A DNA stretch of 64,000 nt, from NCBI GenBank assembly GCA_002104945.1, contig MCFH01000044.1, positions 124,001 through 188,000 on the forward strand, given 5' to 3'. The stretch's first letter is position 1; each line of letters starts with the position of its first letter. Origin of the DNA: Piromyces finnis finn. Lineage: Eukaryota; Fungi; Neocallimastigomycota. The translations under genes and the position numbers were made by a program. The notes under the pieces were generated by a model. The model saw only the letters and a program-made list of their open reading frames with translations. It was not told the DNA's origin and ran no database searches. Shown one piece after another: positions 1 to 14,294 of the stretch.

Positions 1-2353
1 CTTCAATACAACTCTCTGTGGATGAATTGCAATTGAATATTTTCATGGTATTAATATCATATTTTGTTATAGTGGTGTTAAGACTTAACAATTGCTCATT
101 ATTACTATTTAAAATGAAGTATCCATCATATGGAAAATAAGTAATGGAATAATTAGATACTTTATAGAGTGATCCAGGATTAACAGTCATTCCTGGAAAT
201 TCAGAAAACTTTACTTCAAAATATGCATATTTTGAAGTAGATTCAGATTGAAGAGGAATAGAGAAATTTTTAAATTCCATACCATTATTAATTGTATTGG
301 TAATATTAAAGCTTTTTGTAATTAAACTCAGCTGAGATTGATATATACAACAATTTCCTGCGATGTAGAATTTTGGGGTAATTGTTGCTTGACAATCATC
401 TGGCTTTTCTAAAGAACACTGACGTCCATTACAACTAATTATTTGTTTACTATCTAGAGCATATATATAATATCCTTTAAATGGGTCTTTATTCTGGCAT
501 TTGGAATTTTCACAAAATATTAATTGAGAAAACAAATTTTCGTTGATATTAACTTTAGAAGATTGCATTAAATAATACCCATTATTACTAGTGGTTGGTT
601 GACATGAAATTGCCAGAGTTGAGTTTTTAGCTCCTTTACAATAAATTAATGGAAATGTGTTATTATTGATATTATTATTTAAAAAATATCCCTCTTCTGG
701 ATGAGTGTGAATTAATGCATATTTATTTACATCAACTATTTTATAGGTAATTAAATACCCTTGTTTACCAGAAATGAAGTATTCATTTTTATTAGTGTTT
801 GTGATATCTACTTCTTTACATTCAATATTATTAGAGTTTGCTTTTTCATCAGAACAATATATTAATTTAGGGTTTGAGGTGATTATATCTTGACTTCCAT
901 TAATATAATAACCAATATTAGCTAATGATTTATCTTCCTTACAGTAGGTATCATTTTTGCAACTAATAAGATGGCCAGTATGTGCTTTAGAAATAAAATA
1001 TGAATTTTTATAGTATAATATATTTATTGAATTACATAAATGAATGGAATCACAGTAAATCAATGGTTTATCGTTGTCTTCTATTGATGTTCCAGAATTT
1101 ATATAGTAACCTTCTTCTATCAATTTATTGTAAAAACATTTATTATTATTACATTCAATCATAACATTATTATCTTGTTGAATTCCAATATAATATTGAT
1201 CATTTTTAGCAATTTTAAAAGAACAATTATTATTGTAGCAATAAATTAGAGTGTTATTCATAGAGGATGCAGCTGAGTTTACATAAAACCCATTTAGGAT
1301 ATTATTTTTTAATAAGCATTTTCCTTTACTACATTCAATAATACCAGTTTTATTATTACTCTTTTTTTGAATATAATACGAACCATTAGAACCATCTTCA
1401 ATATTACATAAAACCTCTTTTTTTAAAGTATTATATTTACAACTTATAATATCTCTTTCATATTTATTAGAAGTTTTTGGTAATAGTTCAGCATTGATGA
1501 AAGAATAACCATCTTCTGGCTTAATACTTTGTAATATAGTATCAGCGTTTTGAAGTCCTGATAGTTCTATAACTTCTCTATTTTGAAAAGTAGATAAATA
1601 AAATCCATTTTCCTTAGGTAAATGGCAACTTGTTGAATTATCCTTTTGACATATATAAATAGTTTTTATTGGGATAGAAGTATTATTAATTAATCGATTG
1701 TTGTTATCAAAGAGATATATTCCTCTTTTTGAAAAATTATCATATTCGATCTTACAAAGTACAGAACTATAATCTTCTAAACCTGTTGTTCTTGGCATTA
1801 ATTTTACTCTGATAGGTTCTTGATAATTATCAATATCACTTTTCTTATCATCATTATTAATATCAAAATTTTCTAAAATTACTTTTTTGTGAAAACTTTT
1901 ATTACTAATTTCTTTGTTTAATGATAATGGTGCATTGTTAGTGTGATTAATCTTGGAATGATATTGTAGCACAGTATTATTTACATTATTTTTATTAGCT
2001 GATAAAAATTTATTTTCATATTTTTTAACATTATATATGCTTCGATCATTTTTCTTGTAATATTTAAATTGTTCACTTTTAAATGAATTGATGTTATTAT
2101 TTATTTTCTTTTTTTTTTTATCAATATAGTTGTTTTCTCTTCTTTTTAATTGTTTATTTTGAATATTTGTTTTATAGATTCGAAATGTGTTTTCTTCATA
2201 ACAATATGAATTAGAAATTGCTAACTGATTGTATATACATTGATTATCTATTATAACACAAGTAGATATACTTTTTAAATAGGCATTAACAAATATTTTT
2301 TGATATTCAGTTAATAACCAAAAAAATAAAAATAATTTAAAGTATTGTTTCAT
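1..2353 (-). CDS. Secreted Cys/Tyr-repeat scaffoldin-like protein of anaerobic fungi, 5' part; runs off the window edge
   Basis: ATG at 2353; the frame was open everywhere I checked down to base 1 (about 784 codons). It is absent from the ORF track, presumably because the stop lies outside the window. Signal-peptide-like start MKQYFKLFLFFWLLTEYQKIFVNA; recurring motifs such as GFYVNSAASSMNNTLIYC, GYYINSGTSIEDNDKPLIYC and GYYINGSQDIITSNPKLIYC match the repeat style of Neocallimastigomycota scaffoldins (recalled). Confidence 0.75.
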   Translation of the reverse strand, partial: MKQYFKLFLFFWLLTEYQKIFVNAYLKSISTCVIIDNQCIYNQLAISNSYCYEENTFRIYKTNIQNKQLKRRENNYIDKKKKKINNNINSFKSEQFKYYKKNDRSIYNVKKYENKFLSANKNNVNNTVLQYHSKINHTNNAPLSLNKEISNKSFHKKVILENFDINNDDKKSDIDNYQEPIRVKLMPRTTGLEDYSSVLCKIEYDNFSKRGIYLFDNNNRLINNTSIPIKTIYICQKDNSTSCHLPKENGFYLSTFQNREVIELSGLQNADTILQSIKPEDGYSFINAELLPKTSNKYERDIISCKYNTLKKEVLCNIEDGSNGSYYIQKKSNNKTGIIECSKGKCLLKNNILNGFYVNSAASSMNNTLIYCYNNNCSFKIAKNDQYYIGIQQDNNVMIECNNNKCFYNKLIEEGYYINSGTSIEDNDKPLIYCDSIHLCNSINILYYKNSYFISKAHTGHLISCKNDTYCKEDKSLANIGYYINGSQDIITSNPKLIYCSDEKANSNNIECKEVDITNTNKNEYFISGKQGYLITYKIVDVNKYALIHTHPEEGYFLNNNINNNTFPLIYCKGAKNSTLAISCQPTTSNNGYYLMQSSKVNINENLFSQLIFCENSKCQNKDPFKGYYIYALDSKQIISCNGRQCSLEKPDDCQATITPKFYIAGNCCIYQSQLSLITKSFNITNTINNGMEFKNFSIPLQSESTSKYAYFEVKFSEFPGMTVNPGSLYKVSNYSITYFPYDGYFILNSNNEQLLSLNTTITKYDINTMKIFNCNSSTESCIE

Positions 2354-2702
2354 TTTTTAGTTATATGTGTATCGTTTTATTATTATATTAACACTAATTA
2401 TCAATCCATTTAAAATAATACAAAAATAATTTGTTATAGTAAAATAAAAATATATTGAAAAAATATTAGAAACAATTAATTTTGTATCAAAAGCAGCAAA
2501 TTATATGTTTATTTATATTTAAAACCTTGCTTTATAAAATATTTTATTAGTTATGTATGATTATTAAAATAATAAGAAATTTATTTAATAAGCTTTTTCA
2601 TTTTTTCATTTTTTTAATTTTTAAAGTTGGATACTCAAAAAAAAAAAAAAAAATTAAATTATTTAAACTATAAAGATGTTTATGTAATTTATATTAATAT
2701 AG

Positions 2703-2733
<31 letters not shown>

Positions 2734-3480
2734 TAAAATGAAGGAACAAAATAAAACAAATATAAATATATTAAATTATTTGATAAACATAAATTTATGT
2801 TTTATATGCATTTAAACATCAATTACACATATTTTAATTTTATTATATAAGTTATATAAATTATTTCTTAAAAAGTGATAATTATTTTTTAAATAATATT
2901 TTCTTTTAAACTATCTTAATCATTAATAATAATTAATGATAGTGTTATTGTATATATAAATTGTTATATATCCGATATTTATAATTAAATATACATATTA
3001 TTTTCTTTAATATAAAATGTACAATAATATGATAATAATTATAGATGGAAAATGAAATTATATGGCAATTAATTAATTAACAAATAGAAAAACGAAAAGT
3101 TAATTTTTATATATAGTATTTTTATTATTAATAATAATTATTGGGAATGAAAATGAAATGATGGTGAGATTATTATCTATCAAAACTTTATTTAATATCA
3201 AACATTACATAAATATTTAATTGTTCTTTTTTTTTTTTTTATAATACATCAATGAAGGCGAAATATGTAATATAATATAAGAACCATAATAAGTAGAAGG
3301 AAGAATAAATTATTTTTTTTTAAAAAAATTTAATTTAAAGCATATGTAATTTTTTTTAATATATTCTACATAACAATGTTCGTTATAAAATATATATAAT
3401 AAATATAATTATTTTTTGAAAGAAATAAAAAAAAGAATAAATAAATATATTTAAATAATTAATAATAATAACAATTGATA

Positions 3481-6400
3481 ATGCCTCAGTTACTGTTTAA
3501 ATTAACAGATGATATTATTAATAATATATGCAATGACCAATTCAAAATTAAAGATAAAGATAATCGAGAAATAATTAATAATAGCGATAATAACATTATA
3601 AACTATAATATTAATTATAATGACAAAATAAATATCAAAAGAAATATAAATAAGAAAAATACTAAAGGCGACATTAGTGCTTCACATTCCTTACTTCCTC
3701 CCGCCGCTGTTATTAATAAAAATAAAACAAAATATTCAAAAAAAGAATGTGAAAATGGTAATACATATTTTATTTATATATATATAACAACTTTATAAAC
3801 CTGTAAGAATAAAATAAAATTAATTAGTAAATCATTCTAATAAAGATTATATTTTAAGATTCAAATATATTTCAAAAAAATCATGTTATATTACCAAAAA
3901 TTAATAATCCAAAAACTATGATGAATCCAACATTAACATCAAACTTTAGGTATAAAATATTATATATTTAAAAAAAATAAAACAGATTATTGAAGGATTT
4001 ATTAAATCATATATTTAATATTTTAATTAATTAATTATTTAAAGCAATAATAAATCAAAAAATGAAGATATCATGGATAACAAAATAGATTCACTTTACA
4101 AAAAAAATTTAGAAAAGGAAGTTCGAAATAGATTAAAATTATTAGCAAATAACACTGGAAATATTAATGAAAAGTATATTCGTCATAATAGAATAAATAC
4201 CCATTTTCATATAAATAACAGTAACAATAACAGGAAAATATCTTCTCCATTATTATTGGAGAGTAATGAAACTAAATATCTCGATAATTCTTCTTCAAAA
4301 TTATCAAATTATGAGAGCACTAAAGTTAATAGTGTAAAAAAAGCATTTAATGAAGATTCAAATGAATCTATTATAAGTGTTACTTCATCAAAAAGAGTAA
4401 TATTTTCATCTAATGAAGATCAAGATAATAGCTCTTTTAAAACTTCTGAAAATCCTGATTTTATGAATTCCGTTAAAAGTGAATCATTTAAAAGCTTGAA
4501 TAGAAAAATAACTTCAAATTATTATCTTCTAAATAAAAAACTTAGAAATGATGGTATTTTTAATGATGGTTTAATATCAAGTATTAATAATTCATATACA
4601 TCTGATAATAATAGTACATCAATTATTTTTGATAAAAATTTATTTAACAAACCAATAATAAATGTAACAAAAAATGAAAAAAAAAACAACAAGAGTAAAT
4701 TATTTGAACAATATTCATATATGATCAATAATGGAATTTTAAAGTATCAATATGATAATAATAGTAAAATAGATGAAGAAGGAAAAAAAAGAGAGATGAT
4801 AATGCTGATTATAAATATGAATCAAAGATAAGTAAAGGAATAACATATAAAAATCAAGAAAAATTAAATAATAATAAAAAAACTATAAAAAATGAAAAGA
4901 ATAATGAACAAAATTCTGAAAATATTTCAAATATTCAAAAAAAATTTTTAAGATATACTTATGTTATGAGAATTATTGATTCCAATCAAAAATACTATAG
5001 ACCTAAATTAAAAAGTAAAGTAAGACCTTTAAGTATTATTGATCGACCAAGATGGATATTTGGAAGAAGAGAAGATAAACCTATCATTTTTGGAAAATGT
5101 AATTTATGAAGAAGTGCTATAATATATTATATATATATAATATAATGATTATAGTAATTAGATACTAAATTCTTATTTTTATATAAAAATTATAATTCAT
5201 TAGCTGATAAAAAAAAATATATGAATTTATTCAAAAGGAATGCTACTGTTAATATTGAATCTATTATTAAAAATGATATGAAAAAAGTTCCTTATCAAGT
5301 AAAAAATGAAAAAAAAGATGAAAATGAAGATATTATTCATGACAAAAATTATTTACATAAATTAGAAAAACTAATAGTAAATTTAACAGATAATGAGATG
5401 ATATTTGATGATCATTCACTTCCACTAGAATTTGAATCATGTAAATATTGATATAAAAATGTCTAAGTTAATGCCATTTTTGTAACTAATGATTTTTATA
5501 ATATATAATAGATGGAAAATTATGGGATATAACAATTTTGAATAAAGATAATGATGATATAGGAGATCCAAGATATGATAAACAATATGGTGACTTGTTT
5601 GAAGAATTACTTATGAATAACCCTTTTGGTAATTATGAAAATAATACTTATTTTACTAATAATAAATAACCATAAAAATGTTGGATTATAATTAATAATT
5701 ATTATAGTATTATAAATATATTAATAATAACTATACTAATAAATTAATCGATTATTTATATAGATTATTTAACAAAGTTTAAGGCATTTTTTATGAAAGG
5801 TAATATAAATAATATTTTTTATTATTTCTAATATAATTAAAATCCATTTTTTAATTTATATGTATTTTGGGAAACAAAAAAATATAAAAAAGACTATACA
5901 AAGTTAATAGAAAGTGAATGTAAAATAAGAGAAGAAGCTTTTAAAGGCGATAGAAAAAACTTTTTTGTTGTAATAGATTCACTAGAAATAGATGAATATG
6001 AAGGAATAAGCATGATATGGAGAGTGTATATGTATTTTGTATCAAGTATTGAACCAGTAATTTCAAAAGATGCAGCTATTGAAATACTAAAAGTTTTTGG
6101 TATGGTGTTTCATTAAGATTTTTTTTAATATTTGAAATACATACTTATATATTATAATTTATTATTTATATATACAAAAATGAATTTAGTTAATAAGGAT
6201 AATAATTCAGACGAAATGCTAATTGAAAAGTTGAAAAGAATTCTTTTAAAGTTACCAAAAAATGAATATTTAAATATAAAGTTATTAATGGGTCATATAT
6301 ATAGAATTGGATGTTTATCACGAAGATACATATTTTATGGATTATCTTATATTTTTGGGAATTATATTTTTAGAAAAGCGTGGGAATCATTTCATAATTC

Positions 6401-6854
6401 TGAAGAATTGCTGATGTTTCTAGATGTTACTAAGAATAAAAAAAAAGAAATAAATAAACCATTTCTTCATAAAAAACATTTAAAAAATATTGATTATAGT
6501 AATGTTGAAGAAAAAAAGGAAAACAATACAGAAAGTAATGACGCTATAAATCCGACAGCTACTGAAGTTATAGAAAAAGGAGAAGATGCTGATAAAAATA
6601 AATTAAATATAATTATCGATGATGATTATAATAATCCACTTGCCATAAGAGATCCATTATGCACAGATGCTCCTAATTTTTTATATTTTTTTGCTAAATT
6701 AGATCCAAAGAAATTATTTATGGTTATTTATTTAAGAATAATTATTTTGGACTTTCCAAGTTATGCATTTTATTTTCTAATTAATAAATATGAGGCTGTT
6801 TTTTCATGGTCATATTCTCAAACTTCCAAGAAAATACAATTATTTAAAATATAA
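3481..6854 (+). CDS. Multi-exon protein with N-terminal Asn/Ser/Lys low-complexity region and C-terminal divergent RhoGAP-like domain; apparent 1-nt frameshift at 4783-4790
   Basis: Phase-consistent exons 3481-3757, 3859-3949, 4045-5098, 5204-5440, 5512-5628, 5764-5799, 5911-6099, 6190-6854. RhoGAP-like segments YFVSSIEPVIS and KLKRILLKLPKNEYLNIKLLMGHIYRI...LSYIFG. Confidence 0.6.
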
Positions 6855-7354
6855 TATCAATATAATATTATAATATTATTGTATAATTACATCATTTAAA
6901 TACAATTAAAAATATTCAAAATTAAATATTTGAAATTGGATTTGAATCAATATTATTAAAAATAAATTATGTTATTTGAAATAAATTAATTGATTGCCAT
7001 ATTAATTAACTTTACTATATAATTCTGCCATAAATTTTAGAAAAAAGAAAAGAAAATGATTTATATCACAAAGAAGAATTTCTGAACAAAAATAAATAAT
7101 TTTTCATTTATTATTATATATATTTTTTTTAATTTTTGAAAGATGTGATTTTGTTTGCCGTTTTATTATTTATTATACATTTTTTTATAATAATTATTTT
7201 GTAATTTAAATTTAAATATATATTTATAAAAAATAACAATAAAAGAAGGATATACATTGTTTCAATAGTATTTTTGTAATTATTAAAAATCAGAAAAAAA
7301 TAAAATACAATGAATGAATAAAAAATAAATAGTTACTATATGTAATGTGATGAA

Positions 7355-8967
7355 TTAAAAACATTTAATAGATGATATTTCAAATCTTTGATCATTTCTA
7401 TTATTTAATGCTTTTTTTGTGTTAAACATACTTCGTTCACAATCACTGCTATTATTTGATACATAATTATTATTAGATATATAGATTTCATATATTATAG
7501 AATATATTTTTTTAAAGTTAAGATTATAGAATATGACTAAACAGAATACTAAGATTGATAGTACTTGTATTGTATTAATAATATGAGGAAGGAGAATATC
7601 ATTATAAGTTGTTGCAAATATGTCTATTAAAACATTAATTGAATATACATATATTGGCATTCCTAATGGCTAATTATAATATATTTAATTATATAATTAT
7701 ATAGTATTAATTATTTAATTTGTCTAAATTTTTTTTTTAAAGTAACATTATTATTTTTTATATATTAATTACTTCTTTAAGATTTTTTGGAATGACTCTA
7801 GTTTTGTACAATTCGTTTATTCCAACAATAATGAAAATGAGTGAAAAGATATTTCTATATAATAAGTAAAAAGAGTAAATCAAAATACAATATAAAATAT
7901 AAATAAAATTAAAATGACAAATTTATGTATTTTTATATAAATAATTATTTATATATACCCAATTAATATTGATTTTGGTGATCTACATATTTCAAATTGT
8001 TCCTTAGAATAACTTATTCCTGTCTGAACCAAACTATTACTATCAAATGTAGTCCATATCATTAAAAGAATTAAGTGAGCCATGACAATACAATAATAAA
8101 TAAACAATGTCTTTTTATTTGTAACCACTTTATAATTTTTTGTATTGTAGCTATTTAAATAATATTTATATTTTTTATTATATTAATAACTAAATTCATA
8201 ATTTATAAAATTATATTATAAATATAAATATTGTTGATATACATATTAGAAATTTGATAGCATTTAACAATAATTGAACCGTAAATTAATGCTTGTCCCT
8301 ATTTGCATTATAAATATTTAATTTTAATATAATAATATAGTATTTTATAAGTCAGTTCTCGTAATCGTATCTAATTATAATATATTTATATTTATATTTA
8401 TATATACCATATATTTAAGCCAGAGAATAGCAAGACAAATTTTTGTCGATGGATCAAGATAAATCAAGAAAGTATTAAAAATTTCAAAAATAATCCCGAT
8501 TAATATAGAAAATAAAAAGAATGGTTTTGCTAGTTTTATTTCTTTCATGTTTTTAAAATATAACGTTAACACTGTTAATACTAATACTGATATTATCTCT
8601 ATCATAGCCAAGAAATAAAATATCCATTTTATCCATACAATTTTTCGATATTTAGGATGGTGATCACAAGATTCGCCTATCCATCCTTTTTCACATGAAC
8701 ATCTATTTGATTTACAATTACCATGTATACACGCGGGAGTACATTTTACTAAATGGCTATATTAATTAATATATTAATCATTTATATAATTATTTTCAAG
8801 ATTTAAGTATTTTTACTAGATATTAAATTTTATTTTTTAATATTATATAGATACCATGTTATTAACTCTTTATAACCATTTACTGTTGTGTTATAATAAT
8901 TATTTTCAGGACATTTTGATATATTAATGCTCATATTAAATTGTGAATTAAATGGGAGTATATCACC

Positions 8968-9000
<33 letters not shown>

Positions 9001-12000
9001 ATGAATAAAGAATCTAAATATATAATATATTTATTATTATATATATATACCGAAAGATATAATTTTAAAAAAAATTGTATGGTCTCCATCACGTCCAATT
9101 ACTGTTAATCATTTAATTATTTTTAATATAATTAGTAATTTTATATTAGAAATAAATGAAATATACTTTTAACATAATATATACCTGATATATTTTGAAT
9201 TGAGCATCCTTCCTTCATACAATAATATTTTGTTCTTCCTTTCAAAATTATATCATCATTATTTGGATGTGAAATCTCGAAAAAAATCAAATCTTCTAAA
9301 TATAGATTATCGACTTCATTTATTCTTAATTCTAGAAACAAATCATATAAATTTTTTTGTAATTATTTATATAAAGGATTTTTTTATTATGTATTTACCA
9401 TAAAATATTTATTAATAAAATATTAATGTATATAAGATTTATTTGTTGTTATTCTAAGTACCATTATCATAATCATCATATAATTTACCTATATTATATA
9501 TTTAAATGAAAAATGGAAATAAATCATTAATTATATATATATATTTTTGAAAAAATTACAATTTAATTATTAATTGAATTTAATTATTATTATACATATT
9601 ATGCTTTCAATTTCGCTTCCGGAATAGAATTCATTTGGTATTCTATATGTGCAATTAACTTTTGTAGGGTTTGTCACAAATGCATCTCCATATGAATAGC
9701 CTTTTACTAATATATTTTTTTTATCATCATATATGTTTGGATAAAAAAACGGTTCATATTCCATCTTTGATGAATATCCGATTGAACCTTTGCATATTTA
9801 TATATAATAATATAAAAATATTATTATATTATAAGTATTATTATAATTAAATTAAGATAATTATTATAATGGAAATATTTCTTTTATACCTATTGCTGCT
9901 GTATTATTATTGAATACACAATTTAAAAAAGAAACTGAATTTAAATTACTATTAGTATAAAATATTCCGCCCTTATCTTTTGCTGTGTTATTTATGAAGG
10001 AACAATTTTCAAATATTAACGTATTGAGGTACAGAAGATTTGATTTGTCATTATAAAGGATAGTCCCAGACAATCCTTTATTTGAAATAAATTGACTATT
10101 AGTTACATGAAATCTCATTATATTATATTCATTAAAATAAAATGCTGAAAAATTAATATTATTATTTTCCAATGTCATATTCATCATATTATAAATAAAA
10201 TTTGGTTTATTTGATATAATTAATGAACCTATATTATATTTTTTATATAATAATATAATATTTATAATATACAATACAAAAAGCTTAGAATAAGGAATTA
10301 TATATTTTTATATTATGTAATATAATATAATAGTGTTTTTATTTACCAAAGTTTGAATCTTTAATAAATAGATTATCAAAAGGTACATATTCGTTTTCAC
10401 TATTTGTATATGAATTATCGTAAAATATGAAAGAATAATTGATTTCATTATTCTTATTAAAATTTCTGATCTATATACAATGTAGTTGAATAGAAATGAA
10501 AATTAAATGAATATATATATACATATAATAATAAAAAATGTTATTTAATAATTATATTAATATTTGAGAGTGTTACAGTTATATTTGATATTTTTTTATA
10601 AAGACGTTTTCCAGATGGTATACTAATAATTCCTGAAAATTTTAATAATCTAAATTAATTCAAGATATTTTTTTTATTTTAAAAATATATATAATATAAA
10701 ATTACCATATTCAGAATAACAATTATTAAATTCTACATTATTTAACTCCAATACTATTATATTAAAATATAATGTTACTAATAAATACATAATGATAATT
10801 ATTTTATTATATTATTAATGATTTATTACAATGTCCGTCTAAAAATCCAATTAGATATTCATAAGTAATTACATTATTAATTGTAATATAATTCATTTTA
10901 AGCACCGAATTTTCATTTGCTTGAAAATAAACAAGTCTTGTTTTTTTTTAATATTTTATATTATACGATTTAATAAAAATTTAATATTTCTATTATAATT
11001 AAATAAATTATGTTACCTTGTTTCTTGATTTTTACAATATCCACCTGTTAATTCTAATCTTTTTTTAGAAATTTTTTTATAATTATATGTAATATTAAAT
11101 TAATAAAATAAATTAAAGAGTAATATAATACAAAAAAAAATGGTATATATATATACCCTGTAATAGATATTGTTGCTTCTGATTCTAGCCAAACAAGTAT
11201 GGCACCACCCTTTTCACTTCTATGATATATATTTATAATTTCAACATTATGTATATACAATTTTGCATCTGTTGCTTTGAAGGTTGAAAATACAGCACCA
11301 TAACCATATACATCAATATTTTTTATTTTTGAATCACTAATAAAAAATGATAATAAATATAATGTGAATTGATTATTTTTGTTAATTAATCAATTAATTA
11401 TTTAACTAATTAATAAATTAATATAGAAATCATGTACTTAATATTCATTGAACAAAATCCATTAATAAAAAAAAGAGCATTAACTTTCATATTTTGAATA
11501 TCTACATTATTTATAGAAGTATGCGATGTATCAAGACCACTTTTAAATTTTGTTAAAATAATATTTTTATATTAATATTAATAATAATTGATAATGATAA
11601 TATCCATTTATATACATTATTAATACCATATTAATGATCCCGTTTTACTGATTCTATAATTTACTATTTTTTTATCATAGTTATTGTTTTTAAATTTACA
11701 TTTATTAATAGATAAATTCCCATTATTTGCAATCATTGAAGTCTATTAGTTATATATTAATATAATAATTAACAATATTATTAACTTTTGTCTATTATTT
11801 TATTACACATAATATATATATTATTTAAATTATACATTTGAAGAAGAATATATATCTGTAAAATTGGAATTATTAAGTATCAAACTAGATAATGAATCTA
11901 TGCTTATAGCCTCAGAAATCACTCCAAATCCATTAGAGAACTCACACTCAGAAATTGTTATATTTGAGTCATATAATGATACTATATAACTTTATTAATG

Positions 12001-12838
12001 TAGTTGTTATTATAATATTAATGCTTATTTTATTTTTAAATTTTTGTTAATTATTAATTATTAAATATTAGACTTACCCCTTATAAAAACTATCTCCAAA
12101 ATTATATATTTTAGTATTCTTTATTTCCCCTGAACTTGAATAAAATAATAATGATCTATGAATTTCAGAAATAGTCATCATTTTATTCAATGATCCATTG
12201 ATTTTTATGTTTGAAAATTCAAAATTTTTACATTTTTTCATATATATAACCAATGAAATATTTATTGATGTACTAAAAATACAATTTGAAATTTTACTTT
12301 TTGAGTTATAAACTTTTAGCATATATCCATTAGTAATTTCATTATTTGCATCAAAATATACATTGTCAATTATTAAATCCATACTAATATTATTAAAAAA
12401 CACATCTCCCACCACTATTATATTTTTTAATTCAATGTTTTTTCCATCAGAAACATATATATTTCCATTGATAATAACATCTTTTATATTTAATTCCTTA
12501 ATTTCTGATAAATTTATCATATAATTAGAAAGATTATCTTCATCTTCATTATTAAATTCATTATGAAAATCCTGATTAATATATATTTCATCACTTGATC
12601 CTGTTATATTTATTATAACATTCTTATTACATGCAATGTTTATCTGACGGGGAATTGTTATATTATTTTTAATAATAAAATCAAGGTTATTATTTAAATT
12701 ACAATTATTTAATTCCTTTTCAAATGTATCATAGTCATTTATTTCTATTTGCTTAGCATATGAATAATGTATTACTTTTTTATTAAACCACAGAAGGAAA
12801 TATATTATTTGTATCAAATTAAATTGTATAAAATACAT
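7355..12838 (-). CDS. Class C-like 7TM GPCR with N-terminal parallel beta-helix (pectin-lyase-like) repeats and an EGF-like domain
   Basis: Hydrophobic N-terminus; beta-helix/Pmp-like repeats (GGAILV, CSFINNTAKDKGGIFY, CVFNNNTA); EGF-like CTPACIHGNCKSNRCSCEKGWIGESC at about 8670-8750; TM segments ...IKLAKPFFLFSILIG...ICLAILWLK and PLGMPIYVYSINV...LSILVFCLVIFY. More than 12 GT-AG exons. Confidence 0.8.
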
Positions 12839-13837
12839 ATTTATTTATTATTTCATAAAAATATTTAATAATTCTTTTTTATAATATATTTGATAATTTA
12901 ATTTTATTTGATATATATATCAATTTTTATTAACACAACTTTCAAAGAATTAAATAGATAGTATTAATATAAATATTTCTTTCTTTTCTTCTTCTTTATT
13001 TTATGAGTCCAGATTAGTTAATTAAATAAATAAATCATTCTAAATTTTAATTTAAATTACAATTAAAATACAACATATTTTATTGACAATTATTCATAAA
13101 AAAAAAATTATATCAGTATCAAGTATTGGTAAAAAAAGATAAAGAAAAGTTAATCGTGATTAAATTAATGTGCTTTATAATATAGGAATTTATTTTTTTT
13201 ATTTAACTTTATTTTATCTTTTGCTTTAATTTCAAATATAACTTTATATCAATATAAAAAAATTATTTAAACTTTTTTTTTTTTTTTAAAAAAAACAAAC
13301 AAACATAACTTTATATAATTAATAAAATTACAGTTTAATTTTAAGAGTACAAGGGACAAAAATTTAAAAATAAAATTTATTTTATTTTGAAATACAGTGT
13401 TTTTTTTTTTTTTTTTAATAATAATAAAAAAAACTATAAAACTAAAACTATAAAACTGATAAAAATTAATAGTTATACAATAATCTAATAAATAATTAAA
13501 GAAGCAATTATATATGATTACATATATTTATATTAATAATAGATAATAGGAAAAATAAAAAAAAAACTTTAATAATGAACCAGGTTTTTAAATTATTTTA
13601 ATTCTTAAAAAAAAAAAAAAAAAACGAAAAACTTATATAGTTATCTCAATAATTTAAATGCTTTCTAATATTATTTGGATGAAATGAAAAAGTTTAATAT
13701 ATTTATTTTTATTTTAATTTACTTGCTTTTTTATTATTACTATTATTATTTTATTTTAAATATTTTTTCTGTTTTATAATGTACAATATAAATATGGTAT
13801 TAAAAATATTAATATTTTTACTATATCTAATAATAAG

Positions 13838-14294
13838 TTATTTGAAGTTTTCGCAACTTTGCTTTGAACTAATACTATAATATTTATATATTTAAAAAGT
13901 ATAATTTATTGTTAGTTACTGTTAGACTAATTAATATTTAGTATTAAATTGTTTATATTAAACATACCATATATACCAATCACCAATAAAGCATTTCTTT
14001 TCTAATTCGTTTTCACAAGGACAATCAATTGGCTTTTCAACACAAGTTTGAGTTAATGGACAAATGTAATTCTTACAAACCTCTGTATTAAAAATTACAT
14101 AATAAATATTATATTATTATATGAAATAATAAATTATTTTATACATTTTTAATATATTAACCTTTCTTTATTGGTTGTTCTCTTTGAAAAGTTTCTTCTC
14201 CTGGACCGTTGAACATATTAAAGAAATCAAAGGCCATTACATTGTTAATAATTAAACAAACTAATAATAATGATATACTTATTTTGAAATTCAT
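13838..14294 (-). CDS. LCL2: LCL2-like small secreted Cys-rich protein (long chronological lifespan protein 2 family)
   Basis: Three exons (14294 to about 14162, about 14085-13969, 13874-13838) give MNFKISISLLLVCLIINNVMA-FDFFNMF...CKNYICPLTQTCVEKPIDCPC...KCFIGDWYICISSKQSCENFK*, matching the recalled LCL2 pattern CxxYLCPxTLxCVxxxxDCPC. Confidence 0.75.
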
